Origin: Mollicutes bacterium
Lineage (GTDB): Bacteria; Bacillota_I; Bacilli_A; RF39; UBA660
Length of the DNA: 64,000 nucleotides
Direction: 5' to 3'
NCBI GenBank assembly: GCA_012837765.1
Contig: DUQO01000018.1
Coordinates: forward strand, 16,014-80,013
The position numbers were made by a program, and so were the translations under genes. This document shows positions 1 through 10,003 of the stretch, piece after piece. Numbering within the stretch: the stretch's first letter is position 1; every line of letters starts with the position of its first letter. The notes below the pieces were generated by a model. That model was not told where the DNA came from. It saw only the letters and a list, made by a program, of their open reading frames with translations, and searched no databases.

Positions 1-1095
1 CATTGCTATTGTTCTATTAACTAAATTACCAAGTGAATTAGCTAAATCAGCGTTTATCTTATCAACAATTAGATTATCTGTAATAATTCCATCGTTTGCA
101 TATGGCATTTCGCTTAACAAATAATACCTCACACCATCTACACCATATTTTGACACTAAATCATCGGCATATAGCAAACTTCCCTTTGATTTACTCATTT
201 TACCATCATCCATCAAAAACCATGAATGAGCATATATTTTTTTAGGTAATTGTTCTCCCAAAGCCATTAACATAATAGGCCAATAAATCATATGAAAACG
301 TAAAATGTCTTTTCCTATAATTTGTAAATCAGCAGGCCATAAATTATTGTATAAATCTTCGTGATTTCCATTTACATCATAACCTAAAAAGGTAATATAG
401 TTACTTAAAGCATCTATCCAAACATATATAACATGTTTTTCATCAAAAGAAACAGGTATTCCCCATTTTATTGATGCTCTTGAAACACATAGATCTTGTA
501 ACCCTGGTTTTATAAAATTATTGATTATCTCGTTTTTTCGAGTTGCTGGTTCAATAAAACCTGGATTTTCTTCTATATGCTTTGATAATTGATCAACGTA
601 TTTGCTTAATCTAAAAAAGTACGCTTCTTCACTTGTTCTAATTACTTCTCTTTCACAATCAGGACATTTTTTATCTGTTAATTGTGTTTCAGTAAAAAAC
701 GATTCACAAGGCTTGCAGTACCATCCCTCATATTTACCTAAATATATATCTCCTTGTTTATATAACCTATTAAATATTTCTGATACTTTTTCTTTGTGAA
801 TAGGATCGGTTGTTCTTACAAATTTATCATATGTAGTATTCATCAAATCCCATATTCTAGTTATTTCTTCTACTACCTCATCTACATATTCAATTGGTTT
901 TTTTCCTACCTCAAGAGCCTTATGTTCAATTTTCATACCATGTTCATCTGTACCAGTTTGTAAATAAACATTATAACCTTGCAAGCGTTTATATCTTGCA
1001 ATTGCATCTGCTAATACAATTTCATATGTGTTTCCTATATGCGGTTTTCCTGATGCATAAGCAATGGCTGTTGTTATATAATACTTTTTTCCCAT
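1..1095 (-). CDS. metG: Methionyl-tRNA synthetase, N-terminal part (gene continues past window edge)
   Basis: My translation from the ATG at 1095 on the minus strand gives MGKKYYITTAIAYASGKPHIGNTYEIVLADAIARYKRLQGYNV..., a class I aaRS HIGH-region typical of MetRS. RBS AAGGGAGTG lies 8 nt upstream. The gene is open-ended, so it is absent from the ORF track. Confidence 0.8.
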   Translation of the reverse strand, partial: MGKKYYITTAIAYASGKPHIGNTYEIVLADAIARYKRLQGYNVYLQTGTDEHGMKIEHKALEVGKKPIEYVDEVVEEITRIWDLMNTTYDKFVRTTDPIHKEKVSEIFNRLYKQGDIYLGKYEGWYCKPCESFFTETQLTDKKCPDCEREVIRTSEEAYFFRLSKYVDQLSKHIEENPGFIEPATRKNEIINNFIKPGLQDLCVSRASIKWGIPVSFDEKHVIYVWIDALSNYITFLGYDVNGNHEDLYNNLWPADLQIIGKDILRFHMIYWPIMLMALGEQLPKKIYAHSWFLMDDGKMSKSKGSLLYADDLVSKYGVDGVRYYLLSEMPYANDGIITDNLIVDKINADLANSLGNLVNRTIAM

Positions 1096-1112
1096 TTTTA
1101 AACACTCCCTTA

Positions 1113-1583
1113 TTAATAATCGCTTGTTCTTTCATTTGTAATTTTTGGTTCATCGTCACAAGTTAAAAATTTCACAAACACACCTTGTCCTATTTTGTCT
1201 CCTTTTGAAACTTCCCAGGTTGTTTTTCCTTCATTTTGTAAAACAATGTATAAATGTCCTTCATTGTCTTTGTTATTATAATAATCAGCATCGATTATGC
1301 CTACTTGATTGCATAGTCTTATATTATGCTTAATTCCCATACTGCTTCTAACAACAATCAGTAGTACTTCATCAGGTTCCATCATTACTTTTAACCCTGT
1401 TGGTATTTTTATTTTTTCACCACATTCTAATTTAAACGGAAAAAGCGAATGAAAATCATATCCTGCAGCTTGTTTTGTTCCTCTATTTGGTAATATTAAA
1501 TCGTCATACATTTCTTTAATATTATCATGACCTTTTAAATCCTTTACAAATTGTTCATAACTAATTTTTTCAAACTTTCTCAT
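1113..1583 (-). CDS. dut: dUTP diphosphatase (phage/YosS-like dUTPase fold)
   Basis: Motifs AGYDF, RSSMG, GIIDADY and KGDKIGQ resemble Bacillus YncF/YosS dUTPases. RBS AGAGGTGA present. No terminator before metG, 17 nt downstream. Confidence 0.75.
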   Translation of the reverse strand: MRKFEKISYEQFVKDLKGHDNIKEMYDDLILPNRGTKQAAGYDFHSLFPFKLECGEKIKIPTGLKVMMEPDEVLLIVVRSSMGIKHNIRLCNQVGIIDADYYNNKDNEGHLYIVLQNEGKTTWEVSKGDKIGQGVFVKFLTCDDEPKITNERTSDY

Positions 1584-1587
1584 TTAA

Positions 1588-1806
1588 TCACCTCTATAAA
1601 AAAATCCCTATATTGCAAAAACATAAGGACGAATGATCGCGGTACCACCTTAATTCATAGTAATTACTATGCACTCAAACTTTAACGCAGTAAACGGTCT
1701 TATGACAGCTAAAGGGCCATTTTCCGCAAGTTTTATACTCTTTTTCACCACCCAAGAGTTCTCTATGATAAACACTTGTTTCTCTTCCTTTTCAAAGCCT
1801 TTCAAT
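1588..1806 (-). ncRNA. T-box riboswitch leader upstream of dut-metG
   Basis: Minus strand carries AATTAAGGTGGTACCGCG (T-box consensus AAUUAGGGUGGUACCGCG, 1 mismatch) at 1639-1656. F-box-like CCGTTTAC at 1691-1698. AGAGA and GGUGA stem I elements present. Terminator hairpin TCCTTAT...ATAGGGA plus T7 at 1598-1629 sits immediately before the dut RBS. Confidence 0.7.
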
Positions 1807-1812
1807 GTTTGA

Positions 1813-1841
1813 ATTATATCATATGTTTTTAAAACATTCAA
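1813..1841 (-). promoter_or_regulatory. Sigma-A type promoter for the T-box leader (TTGAAT-17-TATAAT)
   Basis: Read on the minus strand: TTGAATgttttaaaaacatatgaTATAAT. Confidence 0.6.
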
Positions 1842-1891
1842 TAATTAATATCTTTTTATCTAAAACAAAAGTGATTAAATAATCACTTTAT

Positions 1892-2419
1892 TTACATTAT
1901 ATTGCGACTTAAAAATTTAGATACTATTTCTGCTATTTTTCCGTCTATCTCTTTTATTTTATTATCAAGACCTAAAACTAAAACAGATCCTACTACATCA
2001 CCATCTGCAATAATAGGATAGATAATATAAGATGTTTCCTCTTCATTTTCATTATCTATCTTTATTTTAGCTGGATTTTGCTCAGTAACAGTCTGTCGCT
2101 TTAGAATTAATTCACTATATTCAGTATTTAATTCTTGATTTTCATACTTTTTACGTAATGTGGAGGTTGCAGCTACTACTTTATCCCTATCTGTAATTAT
2201 AAGGTTTATTTCCATGGAATCATTTAGAGAATCAACAATTAGTTGAGCAACATCTCCAATCCCTTTTATAGTTGAATGTTTGGATAAAATTATAGAATCA
2301 TCATTAACCATAATTTCCATCAATTCACCATTTCTAATTTTCAAGTTTTTTCTAATTTCTTTTGGAATTACAATACGACCTAAATCATCAATTCGCCTTG
2401 ATACTCCTGTTGATTTCAA
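1892..2419 (-). CDS. spoVT: Stage V sporulation protein T (AbrB-type N-terminus plus GAF-like C-terminus)
   Basis: MKSTGVSRRIDDLGRIVIPKEIRKNL closely matches B. subtilis SpoVT MKATGIVRRIDDLGRVVIPKEIRR. Length is 175 aa. The B. subtilis order pth-mfd-spoVT is conserved. Confidence 0.85.
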   Translation of the reverse strand: MKSTGVSRRIDDLGRIVIPKEIRKNLKIRNGELMEIMVNDDSIILSKHSTIKGIGDVAQLIVDSLNDSMEINLIITDRDKVVAATSTLRKKYENQELNTEYSELILKRQTVTEQNPAKIKIDNENEEETSYIIYPIIADGDVVGSVLVLGLDNKIKEIDGKIAEIVSKFLSRNIM

Positions 2420-2484
2420 ATTATTACCTCTCTTTCCTTATGTCTTTTTTAGTATGTGAAGGTAATAACCATTTATACTTTTAT

Positions 2485-5400
2485 TTAAATAATAGTTAAC
2501 AACTCAATAATATAAAATAACCAGTGTTTATCTAGTTTATTTATATTTAAAATTATTCTTAAGCGATTGCTTTTATATGTAACACTAAAGGCATTAGATA
2601 TGTCGCATGCTTTCATATATAAATCATTTACTTTCATATTTTTAGATGCTTCTTTAGAAAATATTAATTCAACATTTACTTTGGTTTGATTTACCTTTTC
2701 AATTCCCTTTTCTTTCGCTGCCTTTTCAAACCATTCTTCATACATATATATTTCCATTGATTCAGATACTTTTCCAAAACGATCCTCTAATTCACTCTTT
2801 ACTTTTAATAAACTCTCATAACTATCTATTTGATTTATTTTTTGATGAATTTCAATTTTTAAATCATCTTCTTTTACATAATTATCTGTAATATGAGTTT
2901 CTACATCTATTAAAGGTTTCTCTTCAAGTTCCTCATTTTTATCTGACAACTTAGTATTTCCCTTGATTCTATCTATTTCTTCTGCCAGCATCTTTAAATA
3001 TAACTCTATTCCAACACTATCGATAAAGCCGGCTTGTTCTCTACCTAATATATCTCCAGCTCCTCTTATTGATAAATCCCTGAGTGCTATAGAAAATCCA
3101 CTACCTAAAGCCGTAAATTCCTTAATTACGTTTAACCTCTTTTGTGCTGTTTCATTTAATATCTTGTTTTTGCTATACATTAAATATGCATAAGCTATTT
3201 TATTACTTCTTCCTACTCGTCCTCTAATTTGATATAACTGACTCAAGCCAAAATGATCTGCATCCATAATAATTAAAGTATTTACATTTGGAATATCAAT
3301 TCCTGTTTCTATTATTGTAGTGCATAGTAAAACATCATACTCGCCAGCAATAAATTTAATCATCGTATCTTCTATTTTTTGTTTTGGCATTTGCCCATGT
3401 GCAAATGTTACACGTGCATCAGGTACTAATTTTTTTATTTCAACTGCTCTATATTCAATATCAGCAACTTTATTATGCAATAAATATACTTGACCACCTC
3501 TTGATAATTCTTTATAAATAGCATCTTTAATTATGTAATCATTATATTCTAAAACATAAGTTTGAACTGGAAAACGGTTCATTGGTGGTGTTTCAATCAA
3601 AGACAAGTTTTTTATACCAAGCATTGATATTTGTAATGTCCTTGGAATAGGTGTTGCAGATAAGGTTAATACATCTATACTACTTTTGTACTCTTTAATT
3701 TTTTCTTTGTGAGTTACACCAAATCTTTGTTCCTCATCTATTACAAGCAATCCTAAATTATTAAATTTGACGTCTTTGCTGAGTAAGCGATGCGTCCCAA
3801 TTACAAAATCAATAGTTCCTTTGACAAGACCTTTTGTTATTTCTTTTACCTCTTTAGAAGTTGTAAATCTATTTAAAAGAGCTATGTTAACAGCATGATT
3901 TTTAAATCTTTCTATAGCATTTTCATAATGTTGATTAGATAGAATTGTTGTAGGACAAAGGAAAGCAACCTGCTTATTATCTTGTATTGCTTTAAAAATT
4001 GCCCTAAAAGCAACTTCTGTTTTTCCATAACCAACATCTCCACATAATAATCGGTCCATTGGAGAATCTTTTTCCATATCTTCTTTTATTTGAGTTACAG
4101 CTCTAAGTTGATCTCTTGTAGGTTCATATAAAAAGTCCTGTTCAAATTCTAATTGCTCCTTATTATCAGGTGAAAAAGCAAATCCTTTTTTAGCTTCTCT
4201 TTCAGCTGCTGTTTTAAGCAATTTACCAGCAATATCTTGAAGCTTGTTCTTGATGCGTACTTTTGTTTTTTGCCACTCTGTTCCACCTAATTTGTGTAAT
4301 GTTGGCGTTATTCCTTCATTTGATGAGTACTTCCAAATTAAATCAATTTTTTCAACCGGAATATATAATTTGTCATCATCTTTATATTTTATCTGTAAAT
4401 AGTCTTTCTTGACACCTTTTTTTACAAGAGTCTCTATACCACAGTATTTTCCTATTCCATGAATCTGATGAACAACATAGTCTCCTATATTAAGTTTGCT
4501 TAAATCTTTTATTTTTGTGCCATACTTGAATTGACTTTTATAAACTCCTTTAGACTTAATTTTCTTAAATAAGTCACATTCACCAATAACTACAATATCT
4601 TCAATAATAAAACCAGACGCTATTTCTTTTTTTATAACATTAATTTTATTATGCATAATATTATTTTTATCAGTTATGACACAATGTTGTTCTATAAAAA
4701 ATACAAAACTATCTATTTGATTTTTATTTTTTAAACATACAATGACTGTCATACCCAAAGATATATAGCTATTTAAATCATTATTTAGTCGTTCAACATC
4801 ACTTTCATATTTACGAATGGTTTTAATATTATACTTATCTATATATGCAAGTTTTACATCAGGTAAAATGTCATCTATATTCATCACATATAACTCATCT
4901 TCATAATTTATATCTTCAAAACGATTCATATATGATGTGTCTATATTATTTCCGTGCTCCTGATGATAATTAAAGATTTCCTCTTGAAGGTTTAAATAGG
5001 AATTTTTAAGTTGGTTATAATCTATATATACAATAATAGGATTATTGAGATAATCACTAATTTTACTTACATCACCATAAAGCGGCAAATACTTTTGGGC
5101 CTTTTTATCACTATCTACTTCATCTGCAATAAACTCATCAAAGGGATGAATGGTTATCTCATCAATCTTTGAAATTGATAATTGTGTATCTAAATCAAAA
5201 TAACGAATAGATTCAATTTCATCACCCCATAATTCTATTCTAATAGGATTTGATTCACTTATTGGAAAAACATCTACTATATAACCACGTGTACCCATTT
5301 CACCTGTTTTAGTAACTATCGTTTCGTTAGTATATCCTATTTTATATAAATCACTTATGAGCTTTTCCTTACCTATTGTCATACCAGATGACAATTTGAT

Positions 5401-5778
5401 AATACTGTTAATCCATTTTTCTTTCAAAGGAAGAAACCTTAAATATCCCATGAGATGTGTTACAACAAAATGTTTATTATCTGAAGAAATAATTGATTTT
5501 ATTGTTTCTAGACGTGTTACTTTTAGATCTGGGCTAATAGCTAAGGCTTCACTAGTAAGAAAATCATCCATTGGAAAAAGCAATGTATTATTTTCCTCTT
5601 TTTGTAACAATTGTTGTATTTTATTAGCTTCATATAATGAATTAGTTAAAACTATAATATTACGGTTCTGCTCCTTAAATATTTTTTTCAAATAAAGCAC
5701 TAAAAGGTCATCAGTAAAACCTGATAACCCTATTTTTCCACCTTTATAACTTTTAAACAGTTTATCAACGATTTGCAT
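2485..5778 (-). CDS. mfd: Transcription-repair coupling factor
   Basis: 1097 aa with DEAD/helicase motifs GYGKTEVA, DEEQRFGV, SATPIPRT and the QLYQIRGRVGR motif. Confidence 0.9.
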   Translation of the reverse strand: MQIVDKLFKSYKGGKIGLSGFTDDLLVLYLKKIFKEQNRNIIVLTNSLYEANKIQQLLQKEENNTLLFPMDDFLTSEALAISPDLKVTRLETIKSIISSDNKHFVVTHLMGYLRFLPLKEKWINSIIKLSSGMTIGKEKLISDLYKIGYTNETIVTKTGEMGTRGYIVDVFPISESNPIRIELWGDEIESIRYFDLDTQLSISKIDEITIHPFDEFIADEVDSDKKAQKYLPLYGDVSKISDYLNNPIIVYIDYNQLKNSYLNLQEEIFNYHQEHGNNIDTSYMNRFEDINYEDELYVMNIDDILPDVKLAYIDKYNIKTIRKYESDVERLNNDLNSYISLGMTVIVCLKNKNQIDSFVFFIEQHCVITDKNNIMHNKINVIKKEIASGFIIEDIVVIGECDLFKKIKSKGVYKSQFKYGTKIKDLSKLNIGDYVVHQIHGIGKYCGIETLVKKGVKKDYLQIKYKDDDKLYIPVEKIDLIWKYSSNEGITPTLHKLGGTEWQKTKVRIKNKLQDIAGKLLKTAAEREAKKGFAFSPDNKEQLEFEQDFLYEPTRDQLRAVTQIKEDMEKDSPMDRLLCGDVGYGKTEVAFRAIFKAIQDNKQVAFLCPTTILSNQHYENAIERFKNHAVNIALLNRFTTSKEVKEITKGLVKGTIDFVIGTHRLLSKDVKFNNLGLLVIDEEQRFGVTHKEKIKEYKSSIDVLTLSATPIPRTLQISMLGIKNLSLIETPPMNRFPVQTYVLEYNDYIIKDAIYKELSRGGQVYLLHNKVADIEYRAVEIKKLVPDARVTFAHGQMPKQKIEDTMIKFIAGEYDVLLCTTIIETGIDIPNVNTLIIMDADHFGLSQLYQIRGRVGRSNKIAYAYLMYSKNKILNETAQKRLNVIKEFTALGSGFSIALRDLSIRGAGDILGREQAGFIDSVGIELYLKMLAEEIDRIKGNTKLSDKNEELEEKPLIDVETHITDNYVKEDDLKIEIHQKINQIDSYESLLKVKSELEDRFGKVSESMEIYMYEEWFEKAAKEKGIEKVNQTKVNVELIFSKEASKNMKVNDLYMKACDISNAFSVTYKSNRLRIILNINKLDKHWLFYIIELLTII

Positions 5779-5790
5779 TTAAGCACATCC

Positions 5791-6354
5791 TCATCTGCGT
5801 CCATTGTATTTGTTCATGAGATTGATAAAATCCATTTTTATAAAATCTATTAAAATGTCTTTGGTTTCTTCTAAAATTTCTTCTAGTATTTCTTTTTCCC
5901 CTTTTGAAAAATGCCCTAACACATAATCTCTTGCATCAATATCCTTATTATTTGAAATTCCAATTTTTAATCTTTTATATTCTTGAGTAGATAAATGTTG
6001 TTCTATATTTTTCAAACCATTATGTCCTGCTGAACCACCTTGCATTTTTAATTTATAAGTTCCTAATTTTAAATCTAAGTCATCATTAACAACTAAAATA
6101 TCATTAACATCAATTTTAAAGTATCGCATGAAATCTGCTATTACTTGGCCTGATAAATTAATATAATGTTGAGGTTTTAATAATATTACTTTTTCGCCAT
6201 CAATATTAACTTCAGTATATAAAGACCCTTTAAATTTTTTGTTAATTACTACCCCTAATGATGAAGCTAAAAAATCAATAACCATAAAACCTACGTTATG
6301 TCTAGTATTCTGATACTCTTTCCCTGGATTTCCTAAACCAACGATCAATTTCAT
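5791..6354 (-). CDS. pth: Peptidyl-tRNA hydrolase
   Basis: MKLIVGLGNPGKEYQNTRHNVGF. Start placed at the internal Met to avoid overlapping the upstream gene. Confidence 0.85.
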   Translation of the reverse strand: MKLIVGLGNPGKEYQNTRHNVGFMVIDFLASSLGVVINKKFKGSLYTEVNIDGEKVILLKPQHYINLSGQVIADFMRYFKIDVNDILVVNDDLDLKLGTYKLKMQGGSAGHNGLKNIEQHLSTQEYKRLKIGISNNKDIDARDYVLGHFSKGEKEILEEILEETKDILIDFIKMDFINLMNKYNGRR

Positions 6355-6358
6355 ACAA

Positions 6359-7081
6359 TCACTCTCCAAACATCTTTCTAACTTCCCTAGTGTAGTTTCC
6401 TTTCCTGTCATGTACAAAAAGAGGCGATTCTATTTTTATACCTTCTTTTCCATTTTTAATTCCTTCAATCAAAATAATGTTACAAGTTTCATCTTTATTA
6501 GGATAAATAAAGCGAATACGCTTCGGTTCAATATTATACTCTTTCATTTTATTCAATATTTCAATCATTCTATCAGGACGATGAACTATTCCAAAATAGC
6601 CTTGGTTTTTCAACAATTTTTTTGATACTTTTAAAATGTCATCAATATTTAACATTACTTCATGCCTTGCGACGGTCTTACAATAATTATTATTAACAAG
6701 ACTATCTTTATTATATTTAAAATATGGTGGATTTGATAACACTATATCAAAAGAGTCAGAATCAAAATGTTTATCTATTGTCCTTACATCTTCATTTAAT
6801 ATTTTGATTTGGTTTTTTAAGTTGTTAATTTCTACAGATTTGATAGCAAGTTGATATATAGGCTCTTGTATTTCTACACCTATAATATTAGCATTGGTTC
6901 TCGTTGATAACAGTAAAGGAATAGGTGCATTACCTGTTCCTAAATCAATGATGTTTTTAACTTTAGATCGAATAGTAATGAAGTTAGCAAGTAAAACAGA
7001 ATCAAGTGAAAAATTAAAATACTCTGTATTTTGCACTATCTTCATTCCTTCATATCCTACTAAATAATTAATTACTTCCAT
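6359..7081 (-). CDS. SAM-dependent N6-adenine methyltransferase, YabB/TrmN6-like (tRNA m6A37)
   Basis: GTGNAPIPLL SAM motif and NPPYF catalytic motif. Position after ricT matches B. subtilis yabB. Confidence 0.6.
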   Translation of the reverse strand: MEVINYLVGYEGMKIVQNTEYFNFSLDSVLLANFITIRSKVKNIIDLGTGNAPIPLLLSTRTNANIIGVEIQEPIYQLAIKSVEINNLKNQIKILNEDVRTIDKHFDSDSFDIVLSNPPYFKYNKDSLVNNNYCKTVARHEVMLNIDDILKVSKKLLKNQGYFGIVHRPDRMIEILNKMKEYNIEPKRIRFIYPNKDETCNIILIEGIKNGKEGIKIESPLFVHDRKGNYTREVRKMFGE

Positions 7082-7862
7082 TTTCGGCCTTTATAGTAAA
7101 AATTCCGTTATTTGGTACATCAACTTGATATGTTTGAGATAAGGCATCAATTGATATAACCCGTCCATAACCCTCTTTTGTTTCAACAAGTTGTCCAACT
7201 TCAGGTAATGTTTTTTTAGCTTCAGTATAAGTATCGTTTTCGTATGTTAAACAACATAGAAGACGACCACACGAACCATTTATCTTACTTGGATTTAAAG
7301 CTATATTTTGATTTTTAGCCATATTTATAGAAACACTATCAAAATCATATAAAAAATTAGTACAACATAAAACTCTTCCACATGGACCAACACCGCCAAC
7401 AGCCCTAGCTTTATCTCTTATTCCGATTTGTCTAAGCTCTATACGAGTACGATAAATAGAGGCTAGATCTTTTGCTAGTTCCCTAAAATCTATTCGAGAA
7501 TCTGCAGTAAAATGAAAGAGTAATTGTTTACGATCTAATGTAAAACTAGCATCTATTAAATTCATATTAAGTTTATGTTTCTCAATTAGTTTTTTACTTT
7601 CTTTAAAAGCATTTTCACTATCAATTAAATTTCTTTTATGATTTGCTATATCTTCTTTCGTGGCAATTCTAATTACATTTTTAAGTGGTAAATTGATATT
7701 TTCCTTTTTAACTTTAGTTTTTTCAATTATAACTCTTCCAAGTTGTATTCCTCTTTCTGTTTCAACAACTACATCCATATCCTTACTTAAGTTGTGTCCA
7801 GCGGGAGAAAAATAATATGTACGTCCCTTTTCTTCAAATGTAATTCCAACTACATCTATCAT
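7068..7862 (-). CDS. ricT: PSP1 C-terminal domain protein RicT/YaaT
   Basis: N-terminus and Cys cluster GGVGPCGRVLCC as in YaaT. Located downstream of holB as in B. subtilis. Confidence 0.7.
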   Translation of the reverse strand: MIDVVGITFEEKGRTYYFSPAGHNLSKDMDVVVETERGIQLGRVIIEKTKVKKENINLPLKNVIRIATKEDIANHKRNLIDSENAFKESKKLIEKHKLNMNLIDASFTLDRKQLLFHFTADSRIDFRELAKDLASIYRTRIELRQIGIRDKARAVGGVGPCGRVLCCTNFLYDFDSVSINMAKNQNIALNPSKINGSCGRLLCCLTYENDTYTEAKKTLPEVGQLVETKEGYGRVISIDALSQTYQVDVPNNGIFTIKAENGSN

Positions 7863-8872
7863 ATAAGTTCACCACTTTCCATCTCATATACTAACTTGTC
7901 CATCAGTAAATTAACATTTATATTATACTTTATTTTTTCTTTTGCCAACAATATTTTTTTTAATTTAAACATAATAACATCAATATCTTCTTTTGAAGCT
8001 AGATCCTTAATATCTTCAATATAATCATCAAAAATTTCTAATTTCCTGTTTAATTTATTATTTAATATATCCTTATAAAAAAGAATCATTATATCGAACG
8101 CCCATATTAAGCTGTTTTTATCATAAAATAAATCTATCCATGCTTTTTTTAATTCTGTAATAAAATCCATCTTCAGGGTTTCATATTTTTTAATGAACGA
8201 AATAATTGATTCTATTTTTTGAAAATTAGATTCATTAGATATAAATTCATTTAATTCGTTTGGGTTATTATAATATAACTTTCCAATCTTTATAAATGTT
8301 TTTCTATCTTCATTGTCTATAACGATATCTTCTATATCATTATTTTCTTCTTTTCTCAAATGAATAACTTGACACCTTGACGTTATAGTATTTAAAACGG
8401 AATGAATATCATCCGTTGTAAGTATCGCAATAATATTAGGAGCTGGTTCCTCTAAAAATTTTAATATACTATTTGCTGCCTGTATATTTAACTTATCAGC
8501 TCCCTGGATAATATATACTTTTTTAGTTCCTTCAAGTGGTTTCATTTTAAATTCTTCTTGTAGTTCTTTTAACTGGTCCTTTTTTATCCATAAACCATCT
8601 GGTTCTATGATTTTTAATTCGGTAAAGTTTTTATTGTCAATACGACGACAAATTGTACAATTACCACAAGTCTTATTATCTAAATAATTATTAGGACATA
8701 AAAGTGTTTTTGCGAATGAAAAAGCGAAAGATGATGCGCTTCTAATATTATCAGAGTGAAATAGGTATGCATGGGCAAGTTTATTGTTTTTTATTTCATT
8801 CTTTATAATATTATAAGCAATAGGTTGTCCATCTTTATGATCACCTAACATATAACACCTCCTAATATACAA
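7859..8872 (-). CDS. holB: DNA polymerase III delta-prime subunit
   Basis: AHAYLFHS..., zinc module CGNCTICRRI, AAA+ clamp-loader-like. Confidence 0.8.
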   Translation of the reverse strand: MYIRRCYMLGDHKDGQPIAYNIIKNEIKNNKLAHAYLFHSDNIRSASSFAFSFAKTLLCPNNYLDNKTCGNCTICRRIDNKNFTELKIIEPDGLWIKKDQLKELQEEFKMKPLEGTKKVYIIQGADKLNIQAANSILKFLEEPAPNIIAILTTDDIHSVLNTITSRCQVIHLRKEENNDIEDIVIDNEDRKTFIKIGKLYYNNPNELNEFISNESNFQKIESIISFIKKYETLKMDFITELKKAWIDLFYDKNSLIWAFDIMILFYKDILNNKLNRKLEIFDDYIEDIKDLASKEDIDVIMFKLKKILLAKEKIKYNINVNLLMDKLVYEMESGELI

Positions 8873-9059
8873 TAATAAGAATCATAGCTAAAAAAGGAAT
8901 AGCTGATATTCCAAAAATACTAATTAAACCTAATGTAAATATGTTTATTGGAATAAGCAAATTGAGTGGTGCAGCCATTAAATTATAAGCGTATAAAATA
9001 AAACCACCAAGAACTAATCTTTTAATAATTGAAAAAATTTTCTTTAGCATCTTGTTCAC
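8862..9059 (-). CDS. Small membrane protein, BofA-like pro-sigma-K processing inhibitor (putative)
   Basis: LLIPINIFTLGLISIFGISAIPFLAMIL aligns with B. subtilis BofA IHVPINLVTTAISGILGIPGIAALVVI. Sits directly after recR, as bofA does in B. subtilis. Confidence 0.45.
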   Translation of the reverse strand: MNKMLKKIFSIIKRLVLGGFILYAYNLMAAPLNLLIPINIFTLGLISIFGISAIPFLAMILIIVY

Positions 9060-9089
9060 CTCATTTAATTATATGAGGTTTATTTTTGC

Positions 9090-9689
9090 TTATGAAATTT
9101 TTTTGCGTTCAGATAAAGCTGTTTTTAATGTAAAGGTATCGATATATTCCATATCAGCCCCCATAGGAATCCCATGAGCAAGCTTTGATACTGCAATATC
9201 CTTGTTTTCAAGTTTTTTTGATATATACAACGCTGTAGCTTCTCCCTCAAGCGAAGGTTTAACAGCAATAATTATCTCTTTTATATTTTCATTATCTACT
9301 CTGTTAATAAGTTTATCTATATCAATATCATCTGGATCAATTCCGTTTGATGGAGAAATCAATCCTTTTAAAATATGATATTTACCATTAAAAAGATCGT
9401 TTTTTTCGAATAATATTAAACTTTTTACATCATCGACAACACAAAGAACATTATTATTTCTGTTCTTATCTTTACAAATATCACATTTTTCATCCTCTGA
9501 TAAGTTATTACATATTGAACAACGTTTTATTTTATCTTTTACATCTGTTATAGATTTAGCAAAAGAAGTTAAAACATCCTTATCAAAATCTAACATTGTA
9601 AGAGCCATTCTTTCAGCTGTTTTGTCACCAACGCCAGGTAAGTTTTTAAAATTTTCTATTAAGTTATTTAAACTTCTTGGGTATCCCAT
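9090..9689 (-). CDS. recR: Recombination protein RecR
   Basis: C4 zinc finger CSICNNLSEDEKCDIC, Toprim region, 199 aa. Confidence 0.9.
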   Translation of the reverse strand: MGYPRSLNNLIENFKNLPGVGDKTAERMALTMLDFDKDVLTSFAKSITDVKDKIKRCSICNNLSEDEKCDICKDKNRNNNVLCVVDDVKSLILFEKNDLFNGKYHILKGLISPSNGIDPDDIDIDKLINRVDNENIKEIIIAVKPSLEGEATALYISKKLENKDIAVSKLAHGIPMGADMEYIDTFTLKTALSERKKIS

Positions 9690-9690
9690 A

Positions 9691-9999
9691 TTACATCAAT
9701 CCTGACAACCCAGAGCCATATTTTCCTAATTTTTCTTCAATCTCAGCATCAACTTTTTTCAAAGCATCATTAACAGCAATAACAATAATATCTTGAAGCA
9801 TCTCAATATCGGTATCGTCAAATTTAAAATCCTTATCAAATGTTATTTTTAACACTTCTTTTTTCCCATTTACACTAACTTCTACAAAAGAATATTTCCC
9901 GGGAAATATTTTTGCATCAATTTCCTCCTTGGTTTTTAACATTTCTTGTTGTAATTTTTGTGCTTGTTTCATCATTGCTTGAATATTCACTTTTATCAT
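9691..9999 (-). CDS. ybaB: Nucleoid-associated protein YbaB/EbfC
   Basis: 102 aa between dnaX and recR, with the characteristic family pattern. Confidence 0.85.
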   Translation of the reverse strand: MIKVNIQAMMKQAQKLQQEMLKTKEEIDAKIFPGKYSFVEVSVNGKKEVLKITFDKDFKFDDTDIEMLQDIIVIAVNDALKKVDAEIEEKLGKYGSGLSGLM

Positions 10000-10003
10000 C
10001 CTT

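Noticed and set aside
602-1166. Plus-strand ORFs 602-799 and 894-1166
   Set aside because: They are antisense to the metG coding region, low-complexity and hydrophobic, as expected from AT-rich antisense frames.
1650-1841. 63-aa minus-strand ORF
   Set aside because: It coincides with the T-box leader RNA (T-box sequence, F-box, terminator), has no RBS and has no recognisable protein features.
2963-5695. Plus-strand ORFs 2963-3193 and 5357-5695
   Set aside because: They lie inside mfd on the opposite strand, with no RBS.
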